A DNA stretch of 64,000 nt from a virus (Duplodnaviria > Caudoviricetes), in the IMG/VR virus record IMGVR_UViG_3300025735_000009, positions 1 through 64,000 of that record. One strand, 5' to 3'. Shown one piece after another: positions 56,823-64,000 of this stretch (the first letter of the stretch is position 1; each line of letters opens with the position of its first letter). The notes below the pieces were generated by a model. The model was not told the origin of the DNA, made no database searches, and worked only from the letters and a program-made list of their open reading frames with translations. The position numbers and the translations under genes are program-made.

Positions 56823-56863
56823 ATTTTGAAGCGGTGGCGGAGGCCTATTTGGCGGCGCTTTCC
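56823..56863 (-). promoter_or_regulatory. putative late promoter (variant)
   Basis: GGAAAGCGC-N26-CAAAAT. Confidence 0.55.
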
Positions 56864-57228
56864 ACGGCTGGCGCTGGGGTGAAATCGTCCACGCGATCGG
56901 CCAGCACGTTGGCCAGCAGACTCATTGCGCCCAGCTGAATTTCCAGCTGCTGCTGCACCAGGGTGCTCAGGCCGCGGTAGAAATCAGTTTGGCGGAAGGC
57001 GGTTAGCTTGATCACGCGGTCATCGTTCACGGCCTTCTCAGCCACTACGCGGCGCTCATGCGGCGCCAGGTGACCGGTATGGCCCATAGGGACGTGATCG
57101 GCTTCAAAGGCCTTTTTCGCCTTCCAGGTAACGACGCCCTCGGCGTCCTTGACCTTGTAGCCGGCCTGGCCGTCTTGCTCGGCGGGCCAGGCGGTGACGA
57201 TCTGGGTGCTTGCGTACTCTTGAGTCAT
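56845..57228 (-). CDS. two-module phage protein (crAss001_48-like C-terminus)
   Basis: PHERRVVAEK...KLTAF...QQQL..QL.AM. Confidence 0.65.
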   Translation of the reverse strand: MTQEYASTQIVTAWPAEQDGQAGYKVKDAEGVVTWKAKKAFEADHVPMGHTGHLAPHERRVVAEKAVNDDRVIKLTAFRQTDFYRGLSTLVQQQLEIQLGAMSLLANVLADRVDDFTPAPAVESAAK

Positions 57229-57267
57229 TGCATTGATTCCAGGTAAGGGGCTGTGAGGCGGTCAGTA

Positions 57268-57936
57268 TCAGGCGCTGGCGGCGGGCTCTTCGGCCGGGGT
57301 TTGCGGCGCGTGGCGCACGAACAGATAGCTGCGCATGAACTGCTCGAGGGTCAGCAGCTCGGTCTGGTTGGCATTCACCCGCTCGATCTCGATATCAACG
57401 CCCTGCAGGGTGTCCAGGTTGTGCACGTCCATCGACTTGAGGAACCACTCGCGCCGCTTGTGCGGGAGCTCAAAGCGCTCGGTGAAAATGTCGCCCTTCT
57501 TCCAGTTGATGGGCTTGGCCATATCCAGCTTGGCGGCCTTCAATGGTTGCGCCGGTACCGGTGCCGGCGCCGGCTCAGGAATTGGGCCCGGGTCAGGCTC
57601 GTTAGCCAGCAGGGGCTGCGAATCCTCGAGCAGGGGCACCGGGTCATTCATCAGTGGCGCCAGCTCGGGGCTGGCCAGGAGTTCGGCGAATGATTGGATA
57701 GACACACGCTCGGCCGCGGGGAGCGCGTCGAAGTACTCCTGCTGACCTTGCGGCGCCACCTCTACGCAGTCGATGCCGATCGGCACCAGCGCGTCACGCA
57801 GATGCGCCAGCAGCCGGGGGCGAGCATCACCGACCACCACCAGTACCTTGCGAGCTTGCGCCGCGTGCTGCTCCAGTCGGGTCAGCTCCTGCACCGCTGC
57901 CGCTACGCCCATGCTTTCCACCTGATTACTGCTCAT
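57268..57936 (-). CDS. hypothetical protein
   Basis: 222 aa with Pro-rich linker. Confidence 0.7.
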   Translation of the reverse strand: MSSNQVESMGVAAAVQELTRLEQHAAQARKVLVVVGDARPRLLAHLRDALVPIGIDCVEVAPQGQQEYFDALPAAERVSIQSFAELLASPELAPLMNDPVPLLEDSQPLLANEPDPGPIPEPAPAPVPAQPLKAAKLDMAKPINWKKGDIFTERFELPHKRREWFLKSMDVHNLDTLQGVDIEIERVNANQTELLTLEQFMRSYLFVRHAPQTPAEEPAASA

Positions 57937-57974
57937 AACCCGCTTCCTGAAAATTGGTTTGAAACTCGATTATT

Positions 57975-58053
57975 ACGCGCGTTGGAGGGTACGCGCGTTG
58001 GCACCTTTGCGCGTTCGCGCCACAAAAAAGCCCGCGATCGGCGGGCTCCTTTT
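57975..58053. repeat. CGCG iteron cluster followed by terminator hairpin (58024-58053)
   Basis: ACGCGCGTT x2, GCGCGTTCGCGCC; AAAAAAGCCCGC...GCGGGCT. Confidence 0.7.
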
Positions 58054-58069
58054 GGCGTGGGTTGCCGCG

Positions 58070-58507
58070 CTACGCCGCTTTCTTGATGCGGCGTGAAACG
58101 GTGCCGTCCTTGTTCAGGGTGGCCTGGTAAGCCTCGACCGCGGCGGTGATTGCCAGCAGCTCAGCGCCATCGAATGCCATTTCCACACGGGAGGTGGTCA
58201 CCAGGTTGCTGACGATCTCTTTCTCATGCCGGCGGCTGTAGCCGTACACGCGGATGCGGTGGCCATCCGCCTCGAGCTTGGTGATGGCGCTGGCCGTTTT
58301 CTTGTAGCCGTCGTTGAACCACATCATGTCGCCGACCTTGAGCTCAATAGCGGGACGGGTCAGCAGCTCGATCATGTGGGCGCGGGCAGCGGAGCCGCGG
58401 CGGGTGATCTTCACACCAGTGTGCTTGCACGCGTAGCAACGGGCTGCCTTGCCCTTGCAGTACGCGCACGGCTTCGTTTCAAACTCAGGGGTATACGGGT
58501 TTTTCAT
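58070..58507 (-). CDS. hypothetical protein with CxxC motifs
   Basis: CAYC...CYAC; leader motif upstream. Confidence 0.7.
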   Translation of the reverse strand: MKNPYTPEFETKPCAYCKGKAARCYACKHTGVKITRRGSAARAHMIELLTRPAIELKVGDMMWFNDGYKKTASAITKLEADGHRIRVYGYSRRHEKEIVSNLVTTSRVEMAFDGAELLAITAAVEAYQATLNKDGTVSRRIKKAA

Positions 58508-58579
58508 CTGTACAGTCTCTGGCTGATTGTCCTTGAAGGCCCCAATAGTACTGGCCAGGTGATGCCGCGTAAACCTGTT

Positions 58580-58655
58580 TTCGCGCGTTCGCGCTTTCGT
58601 GTCAACGCGCGTTCGCGCCAACGGCGCCCACAAAAAAGCCCGCACGCGGCGGGCT
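58580..58655. repeat. CGCG iteron cluster followed by terminator hairpin (58632-58655)
   Basis: TCGCGCGTTCGCGC and AACGCGCGTTCGCGCC. Confidence 0.75.
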
Positions 58656-58676
58656 CTCTGGCTTCGGTACCGGGCG

Positions 58677-61600
58677 CTACAGCGCTTCGGCGGTCACTCG
58701 CAGCGCATAGTCGCGGTAGGCGTTGGACGCCTCGGCAAACAGGTCCTTGAGCTCAGCCTCGCCCCACTGCACATAGATCGATTCGAGACGCGCCAGCACC
58801 TCGGCGGGCGCTCCCAGGTCGGCGGTGCCTTCAATCAAGCGGTCGAGATAGGCCTTCGCGTCTTTCAATTGATCATCCTCGTCTGGCTCCGGGGGTGTCG
58901 GTTGTGGTGGCTCAGCTGGTGCTGGCGCGGGAGCCGCGAACATATCCCCTTGACCGATCGCAAACAAGCCCTCGCCATACTCCTGCTCGAGCTTACGGTT
59001 CGCCGCCCCAACGATATCGGTGAAACTGGCCGGTGCGTCACCGAACAGGCCGGCGGTCTGCTTGCGGGCGTTCTCGCTCTCCACGAACTGCGCCATGGCT
59101 TTGAAGGCGGTCCCCATGCGCTTAGCGCTGCGGTTGTTCTGCTGGATGAACATCGCCATGGCAGCGACCGCGGGGTCGGTACCGCCGAACATATCGCCCT
59201 GGCGCAGGAATTCGTCCAGGCCCAGGCCGGCATCCTTGGCTTGGCGCAGAACGTTGGTGGCGCCAATGATGGCGTTTACCGCCTCCTGGTTGAGGGACAG
59301 CTCTACAGAGTCGGTGACCTTGCCGCCGGCATCCTCGGCGCCAACCCGGTCGAGCTCTTTGGCGCGCATGAAGTCCGGTGCTGCGCTGTTGAGGGCCGCG
59401 ACGATGTTGGCAATCTCCGGCTTGGCCACGTCGGCGGTCATTTCCAGCAAGCGGTCGTCGGAGTAGGCGCCAGCGAACAGCGCGGCCTGCAGGCGGCTGA
59501 TCAGGCTGCTGGTAGGCTTACCATCGTTGGTCAGGTACTGCGCCGCCTCGGCATCGCCCAGCGACTGCAGGAAGGCCGCCACAAAGTCACGGTTTGCCGC
59601 GCTGTTGAGGTCGCCGTCTGCCAGCTTGGCCAGCATGGCCGCATCCAGGCGCCGGGCATCGCTGCGGGCCTTCTCGGTGGCGGTCTGCGCCAGCTTGTCA
59701 TCCTGGTTGGCTTCCACGGCGAAGGCCACACGGTCTACCGCGGTCTTGCGCACGCGCACCAGGATGGGGGCCTTCATGCGGTTGATCTTGGCCACATCGA
59801 CGCCGAAGTACTCCGCGTTCTCCACCAGCCATTCCCGGTACTCATCAGCGGCGCCGATGCGGTAGGCCTCTCGGACGGCCATGGCGCGACCGTTGCCCGA
59901 TTCCACCACACGGTCAGCGCCAACGATCGGGGCGCCACTGTCTGCGCGCTGGGTGCGCCCCAGGCTGTCAGGGTCGAGGTTGCGGGCGGTTTTCTGTACC
60001 CAGGCCTGTGAAGTACTCCGCGCGCGGTCACGCGGCTGGATTTCGGCCGGGTAGTCCGGGTTCGGGGTACCGTCGGTTTCGTGGCTGATCACCAGCTTGC
60101 TGGCCTCGATCACCTTGAAGCCAGTCACCAGCTTGGTGCCCTTGGCCGTTTTGACGGTGTTGTCGCGGCCCTCTGGCTCGATCTCGCCGGTGTCTTCGTT
60201 CTCCAGGTCCAGCTCGGCATCAGCTGCAGCCTGCGCGGCGGCCTCGGCCTGCTCGGCCAGGTGGGCGGCCAGCATGGCTTCGTCTTCCGGCGTTTCGGGC
60301 TGCACGGTGGCGGCTGCTCGCACGGCCGTGGCCGCTTCCTCTGGCGCCTTCCCGTCGGCGTACAGCTGCTGCATCAGCACCTCTTGGACCATGGCGATGC
60401 CGTCGGCGTCTCCACGTTCGATGCCCATCAGGGCCGCCAGCGCGTCGAGCACCGCCCCCTCCCACTCCTGGTACGTGGGCTGGGCTGGCGCAGGCTCTGC
60501 AGCTGGTGCCGGCTGCTTGTCGAGCTCACGCAGCCCGAATCCGTCGGTACCGGCTTTTGCCGCTCGCACCAGGGCGCTACCCACGGCCGTCATCATCTGC
60601 TCTTTGGTACGGCTGGCGCCCATGCTGAAACCGGCCTGCAGGATCAGCGTGCGCAGCTCGCCGGGGGTTTCGATGCCCTCCACCACCTTGAGCGCAGCGT
60701 CAATGTCGCCAGCCTTGAGCGCGTCGGTGAACTTGGCCAGGTTGTCGCGGGTGTCAGGTGCTGGCGCGGGCTCATTGAACAAGCCAGGCTCAGCAGCTGG
60801 CGCGGCCTTCTTCGCCTCGAGCTGGGCGGTAAGGTCCTCAATCTGCTTGTCCAAGCCCTCCAGCTCGGCCATTTTGGCGGTTTCGGCGGCTTTCAAGGCC
60901 TCGATCTCGGCGTCACGCTCGGCCTTGCTGGTGTTGGCCTGGATGAACTTGGCGCTGTTCTTCTCCACCAGTTTCATGATGCGGCGCGCGACTTCGCGCG
61001 GGTTCAGGTCCTGGCCGCGCTCAGGCGCTACTGTGATGGTGATATCGCGCTTGTTGAGCACCCACTTCCAGCTCACCATTTCATCGGTGGGCATCAGCTT
61101 GTTGGGGGTGGTGTCCGGGTTGTGGAAGAACACACTGATGCTCTGGCCATCATCCATCGTGAAGAGCATGGCCAGCTGGGTGGTGCCGCGGTTCTTGAAA
61201 GGCTTGCTGACTTCCACGCCCTCTGGCTTCACACCGGTGGCGGCCATCTGCATCACGCGCAGCAGCTGGTTGGCCTTGCGCTCGAACTTCTGCACCTCGA
61301 CCACCATGGCATCGAGCATGGCGCCGTCACCGTCGCCCAGGTGCTCCACCAGGTCGGCCATGGTCGCCGCGTCCATCATCAGCCCATCGGTATCGCTGCG
61401 GCGCAGGCTGGCGATCACGTCGCCCAGCGTCTCGCCTACAGGCATGCGCTTATCGTCCCAGCTCACGTATACGTCGGAGGTGTTCAAGTCTTCGTCCTTC
61501 TTCCACAGGTCCACAGGTTCAAGCCGGGCGCTCATGTCGCCATTTTTCAGCCAGAACTTGAATTGCTTGATGCTGCAGGGGGTCAGGCTGCCCAGGCCGG

Positions 61601-62021
61601 TCCATCCCTTCTCGTAGCTGTTCATGTAGGCGTTACGGGCAGACTCTTCGTCAGCGAAGCCCAGCAGCACCTTGTGTTCGTCAAAGGTGCCGTCGCGGTT
61701 CACCTGGTTGACGACAAATACGCGCTGGCTCTCCGGTACCGGGCCCACGAACACATCCACCGCATCGCCGTCGGCGCCAACGGTGCCGTTGATATAGCCG
61801 TAGTGCGCCATGCACAGGACCGACCACGGCACACCGTCCGACTTGCCGCGACGTGGCTGGAACATGGGGGTTTCGATGGTGATGGGCATGCCGTGCAGGC
61901 GCACGCTGCCTTTGGAGTAGTTGCCGGCCCGGATCTGCTCGGGCGTGACAACGGTGCGGGAGCCGGAGCCGAAAGCCCCGGAGTGCGCCGCGCCCTGTAA
62001 TTGCGAAAACGTGTCTGCCAT
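58677..62021 (-). CDS. InPase-like + DarA N-terminal + DdrB-like ParB fusion (antirestriction-type virion protein)
   Basis: HYGYINGTVGADGDAVDVF...FDEHKVLLG; FHNPDTTPNKL...VSWKWVLNKRDIT..VAPERG; NPDYPAEIQPRDR...VESGNGR. Confidence 0.85.
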   Translation of the reverse strand: MADTFSQLQGAAHSGAFGSGSRTVVTPEQIRAGNYSKGSVRLHGMPITIETPMFQPRRGKSDGVPWSVLCMAHYGYINGTVGADGDAVDVFVGPVPESQRVFVVNQVNRDGTFDEHKVLLGFADEESARNAYMNSYEKGWTGLGSLTPCSIKQFKFWLKNGDMSARLEPVDLWKKDEDLNTSDVYVSWDDKRMPVGETLGDVIASLRRSDTDGLMMDAATMADLVEHLGDGDGAMLDAMVVEVQKFERKANQLLRVMQMAATGVKPEGVEVSKPFKNRGTTQLAMLFTMDDGQSISVFFHNPDTTPNKLMPTDEMVSWKWVLNKRDITITVAPERGQDLNPREVARRIMKLVEKNSAKFIQANTSKAERDAEIEALKAAETAKMAELEGLDKQIEDLTAQLEAKKAAPAAEPGLFNEPAPAPDTRDNLAKFTDALKAGDIDAALKVVEGIETPGELRTLILQAGFSMGASRTKEQMMTAVGSALVRAAKAGTDGFGLRELDKQPAPAAEPAPAQPTYQEWEGAVLDALAALMGIERGDADGIAMVQEVLMQQLYADGKAPEEAATAVRAAATVQPETPEDEAMLAAHLAEQAEAAAQAAADAELDLENEDTGEIEPEGRDNTVKTAKGTKLVTGFKVIEASKLVISHETDGTPNPDYPAEIQPRDRARSTSQAWVQKTARNLDPDSLGRTQRADSGAPIVGADRVVESGNGRAMAVREAYRIGAADEYREWLVENAEYFGVDVAKINRMKAPILVRVRKTAVDRVAFAVEANQDDKLAQTATEKARSDARRLDAAMLAKLADGDLNSAANRDFVAAFLQSLGDAEAAQYLTNDGKPTSSLISRLQAALFAGAYSDDRLLEMTADVAKPEIANIVAALNSAAPDFMRAKELDRVGAEDAGGKVTDSVELSLNQEAVNAIIGATNVLRQAKDAGLGLDEFLRQGDMFGGTDPAVAAMAMFIQQNNRSAKRMGTAFKAMAQFVESENARKQTAGLFGDAPASFTDIVGAANRKLEQEYGEGLFAIGQGDMFAAPAPAPAEPPQPTPPEPDEDDQLKDAKAYLDRLIEGTADLGAPAEVLARLESIYVQWGEAELKDLFAEASNAYRDYALRVTAEAL

Positions 62022-62047
62022 GGCTGTCGCCTCGGATGAAAGCACAC

Positions 62048-62088
62048 ACGATATAGCGCCAGTGGGGGCCATCCTGGGGGCGGTTTCC
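62048..62088 (-). promoter_or_regulatory. putative late promoter (variant)
   Basis: GGAAACCGC-N26-TATCGT. Confidence 0.6.
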
Positions 62089-62104
62089 GCCGATCTGCGG
62101 GCAC

Positions 62105-62130
62105 AAAAAAGGCGCCTCAGTGGGCGCCTT
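62105..62130 (-). terminator. terminator of par operon
   Basis: AAGGCGCC...GGCGCCTTTTTT on - strand. Confidence 0.75.
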
Positions 62131-62137
62131 GTTCAAT

Positions 62138-62431
62138 TCAGCGCTGCGCGCGCGGTACCGGCTTGCGGTTTGTCTTGCGATCGCGATAGTCCATCAGCGC
62201 GCTTTCAAAGAACGAGTCTTTCTCGCCTGCGGCTTCTCGGGCGGCGTAGGCCTCCAGCAGCAGGTTGAGCAGGTCAGAGGGACGCGATAACCGAAGTTCA
62301 ACGGTAGCGGTACGCATCGTCATGTTGGCGGATTTCTGCAGATGGGCATTGAAACGGTGGGTTTCGCCCGTCTCTTCAATTTCCTTGTCTACTTTGGCCC
62401 GGCTGGGGCGGACGCTAGGACGATCACTCAT
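62138..62431 (-). CDS. small partition partner protein (type Ib centromere-binding candidate)
   Basis: 97 aa directly downstream of parA; no ParB nuclease-fold motif seen. Confidence 0.6.
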   Translation of the reverse strand: MSDRPSVRPSRAKVDKEIEETGETHRFNAHLQKSANMTMRTATVELRLSRPSDLLNLLLEAYAAREAAGEKDSFFESALMDYRDRKTNRKPVPRAQR

Positions 62432-62456
62432 TGCTCACCTGGTCAGTCATATATTC

Positions 62457-62517
62457 AAAGGCGCGAACGCGTGTTTGCGATCATAGGGCAAAAGCGCGTT
62501 CGCGCCAAGGCGCGTTT
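62457..62517. repeat. CGCG iteron cluster between parA and its partner
   Basis: GGCGCGAACGCGTGTT and AAGCGCGTTCGCGCC. Confidence 0.75.
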
Positions 62518-62518
62518 G

Positions 62519-63172
62519 TCACGCCTGCAGCATGCTCAGGGCGTTATCGAGGATCAGCTCGATTTCTGCAATGGCTGCCTTGGGCTTCGGTTTCCAGTCG
62601 AATACCGACAAACCCTCGCCCGCGCTGTCGGCGTACACAATGCGCTGTTCTGCCTGTCCTTCGATGATTGGGAGGCCAAAGACATCGATCTCTTTGCGGA
62701 TGGTCTTGGAGAGCTTGGTTTTAGACGCAACCCGGGTCATCACAAAGGCTGCTTTGAGTTCGCGCCCAGTGCCGGCCAAGTCGTCTTGGCGGTCCTTGAT
62801 CATGTTGACCAGGTCCTCACACCCCCAAACGTCGAGCTTGGACGGTTGTACGGGGATAAGTACCAGGTCGGCCACCTTGATCGCCGCCTCAGCCAGCTTG
62901 TTGGCCTTCGAGGCGCCATCGATGATCACATACTCGGCGTTGATGTTGGCGACCTGCTTGGGGATCAGCTCCGGCCGGTCGATGCCGTAGATCCGTAGGG
63001 GCTGATCATCCCCCTGGCGGGCGGCTCCCACGTCGCGGGCGGTACCCTGCGGGTCAGAGTCGACCAGTACCGCGTCCATGCCACGGCGCACCATCGCTGC
63101 GAGCATGTTAATTGACAGGGTGGTCTTCATGGCGCCGCCCTTCTGTTGCTGGATGGCGATTACCAAAGGCAT
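62519..63172 (-). CDS. parA: type Ib ParA partition ATPase
   Basis: QQKGGAMKTT, VDSDPQG, VIIDG; 217 aa, no N-terminal HTH. Confidence 0.93.
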   Translation of the reverse strand: MPLVIAIQQQKGGAMKTTLSINMLAAMVRRGMDAVLVDSDPQGTARDVGAARQGDDQPLRIYGIDRPELIPKQVANINAEYVIIDGASKANKLAEAAIKVADLVLIPVQPSKLDVWGCEDLVNMIKDRQDDLAGTGRELKAAFVMTRVASKTKLSKTIRKEIDVFGLPIIEGQAEQRIVYADSAGEGLSVFDWKPKPKAAIAEIELILDNALSMLQA

Positions 63173-63215
63173 ATGAACCTCAATTATCTGGCTGGAAAGC
63201 CCGCACTATAGACTC

Positions 63216-63284
63216 AAAGCGCGTTCGTGCGAACCCTCCAACGCACAAAAGCGCGTAGGCGCCAACGCGCTTTCGCGCCTTTGC
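63216..63284. repeat. CGCG iteron cluster in parA promoter (TTCGCA-N17-TATAGT on - strand)
   Basis: AAGCGCGTTCGTGC and AACGCGCTTTCGCGCC. Confidence 0.7.
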
Positions 63285-63354
63285 ACCTCGATCCCACAGC
63301 TTTGCCCCCGGATTTACTGGGCTCTTACCAAAGAACCGGCAATCTCGCGCCCAC

Positions 63355-63378
63355 AAAAAAGCCCAGCATTTGCTGGGC
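63355..63378 (-). terminator. intrinsic terminator
   Basis: GCCCAGC stem with T6 on - strand. Confidence 0.75.
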
Positions 63379-63396
63379 TCTGGCGCACTCAATCGA

Positions 63397-63645
63397 TTAC
63401 TGCTGGGCGTACTGCTGTATCGGCTGATCCTGCGGCGGGAGCTCGAAGTGGGATTGTGTGCACGGGTGCTGCTCGCTGCACCAGCTGCCCTCAGCCAGCA
63501 TCTGACGATTGAGCTCGGCGTCGGCCACGGCCTGCTCATAGTCACCGCCGCCTACTAGGCCGAAACACATGGCCATCACTACACCAACAAGCAAAGTGGA
63601 CACCGGGCCCAGGTACTGCGCAGCGTTACGATCTTCATTACGCAT
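63397..63645 (-). CDS. small membrane-anchored protein
   Basis: One TM; leader motif and AAAGGA upstream. Confidence 0.65.
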   Translation of the reverse strand: MRNEDRNAAQYLGPVSTLLVGVVMAMCFGLVGGGDYEQAVADAELNRQMLAEGSWCSEQHPCTQSHFELPPQDQPIQQYAQQ

Positions 63646-63766
63646 GGGGTTGATCCTTTCGTTATCTGGCTGATAGGTGCTACGGAAAGGACATTAGCAT
63701 TCCATTTATTTTTAGTAAATATATTCGATAGCGAATAGTTTATTAACCATTCAGAAAAGGGCTGTT

Positions 63767-64000
63767 ATGAAGATTCTCGTTTCTATCGCTGGGTACGGCG
63801 GCGCAGGCTCCAAACCGATCACCTTGGCTGCCACGCGCGACGACGCCACCGGCGTTATGACCGTGGCCAAAGAGGTCAAATATCGGGAGGAAGCCCCCAA
63901 AGGCTATGCCTTTGTCACCAACGTCAAGTTGCCTAACTACGACTGCCTGTTCACTGAGGAACACTTGCAGACGGCCATCCTGGCGTACCGAGAGGGGGAA
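63767..64000 (+). CDS. hypothetical protein (runs off window end)
   Basis: MKILVSIAGYGGAGSKP... open to 64000; AAAAGGG RBS. Confidence 0.65.
   Translation, partial: MKILVSIAGYGGAGSKPITLAATRDDATGVMTVAKEVKYREEAPKGYAFVTNVKLPNYDCLFTEEHLQTAILAYREGE

Noticed and set aside
45916-62000. Very long + strand ORFs (e.g. 45916..47766, 48670..50874, 54481..56745, 60081..62000)
   Set aside because: Antisense shadows of strongly codon-biased GC-rich - strand genes; no motifs or RBS.
25474-63284. CGCG repeats as a CRISPR array
   Set aside because: They are dispersed short clusters without regular spacers, and no cas genes are present.
63684-63724. GGAAAGGAC as a late promoter for the last gene
   Set aside because: The hexamer at 26 nt (ATATAT) does not fit the nAnnnT pattern.

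Overview
The whole 64 kb window is part of one large GC-rich temperate phage of the P1-like (phage-plasmid) type. The host is most likely Pseudomonas, judged from the RdgC, SSB and cytosine MTase types and the codon style. No host chromosomal genes or element ends are visible. Almost everything is on the - strand. From left to right: a C5 cytosine methyltransferase; a PacB-like large terminase flanked by two catalytically degenerate half-copies of itself; a small terminase; a ~330-nt gene-free, G-U-rich, highly structured segment (candidate novel ncRNA); ~45 small accessory genes; a Ref-like nuclease; a replication initiator; a repressor-like gene; a short + strand block (ssb, rdgC, tyrosine integrase); lysis genes; P1-like tail tube, sheath and major capsid genes; three large 'polyvalent' proteins (LPD3/RNase-like + N6-MTase, LPD1/zincin, InPase-DarA-DdrB fusion); and a type Ib ParA with a small partner. 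Four dispersed DNA motifs can be read directly from the sequence: an asymmetric operator ATGTACGCGGATA (7 exact core copies), AACGCGCGTTCGCGC iteron clusters lying in promoters (8 clusters), a 5'-leader element AATCAGCCAGA(TA) (about 10 copies), and a late-promoter signature G(C/G)AAA(C/G)C(C/G)C-N26-nAnnnT (7 copies). Portal, protease, baseplate, tape measure, tail fibre and a plasmid RepA are not in the window. All family assignments come from motif recognition without database searches, and many start codons were adjusted by eye.
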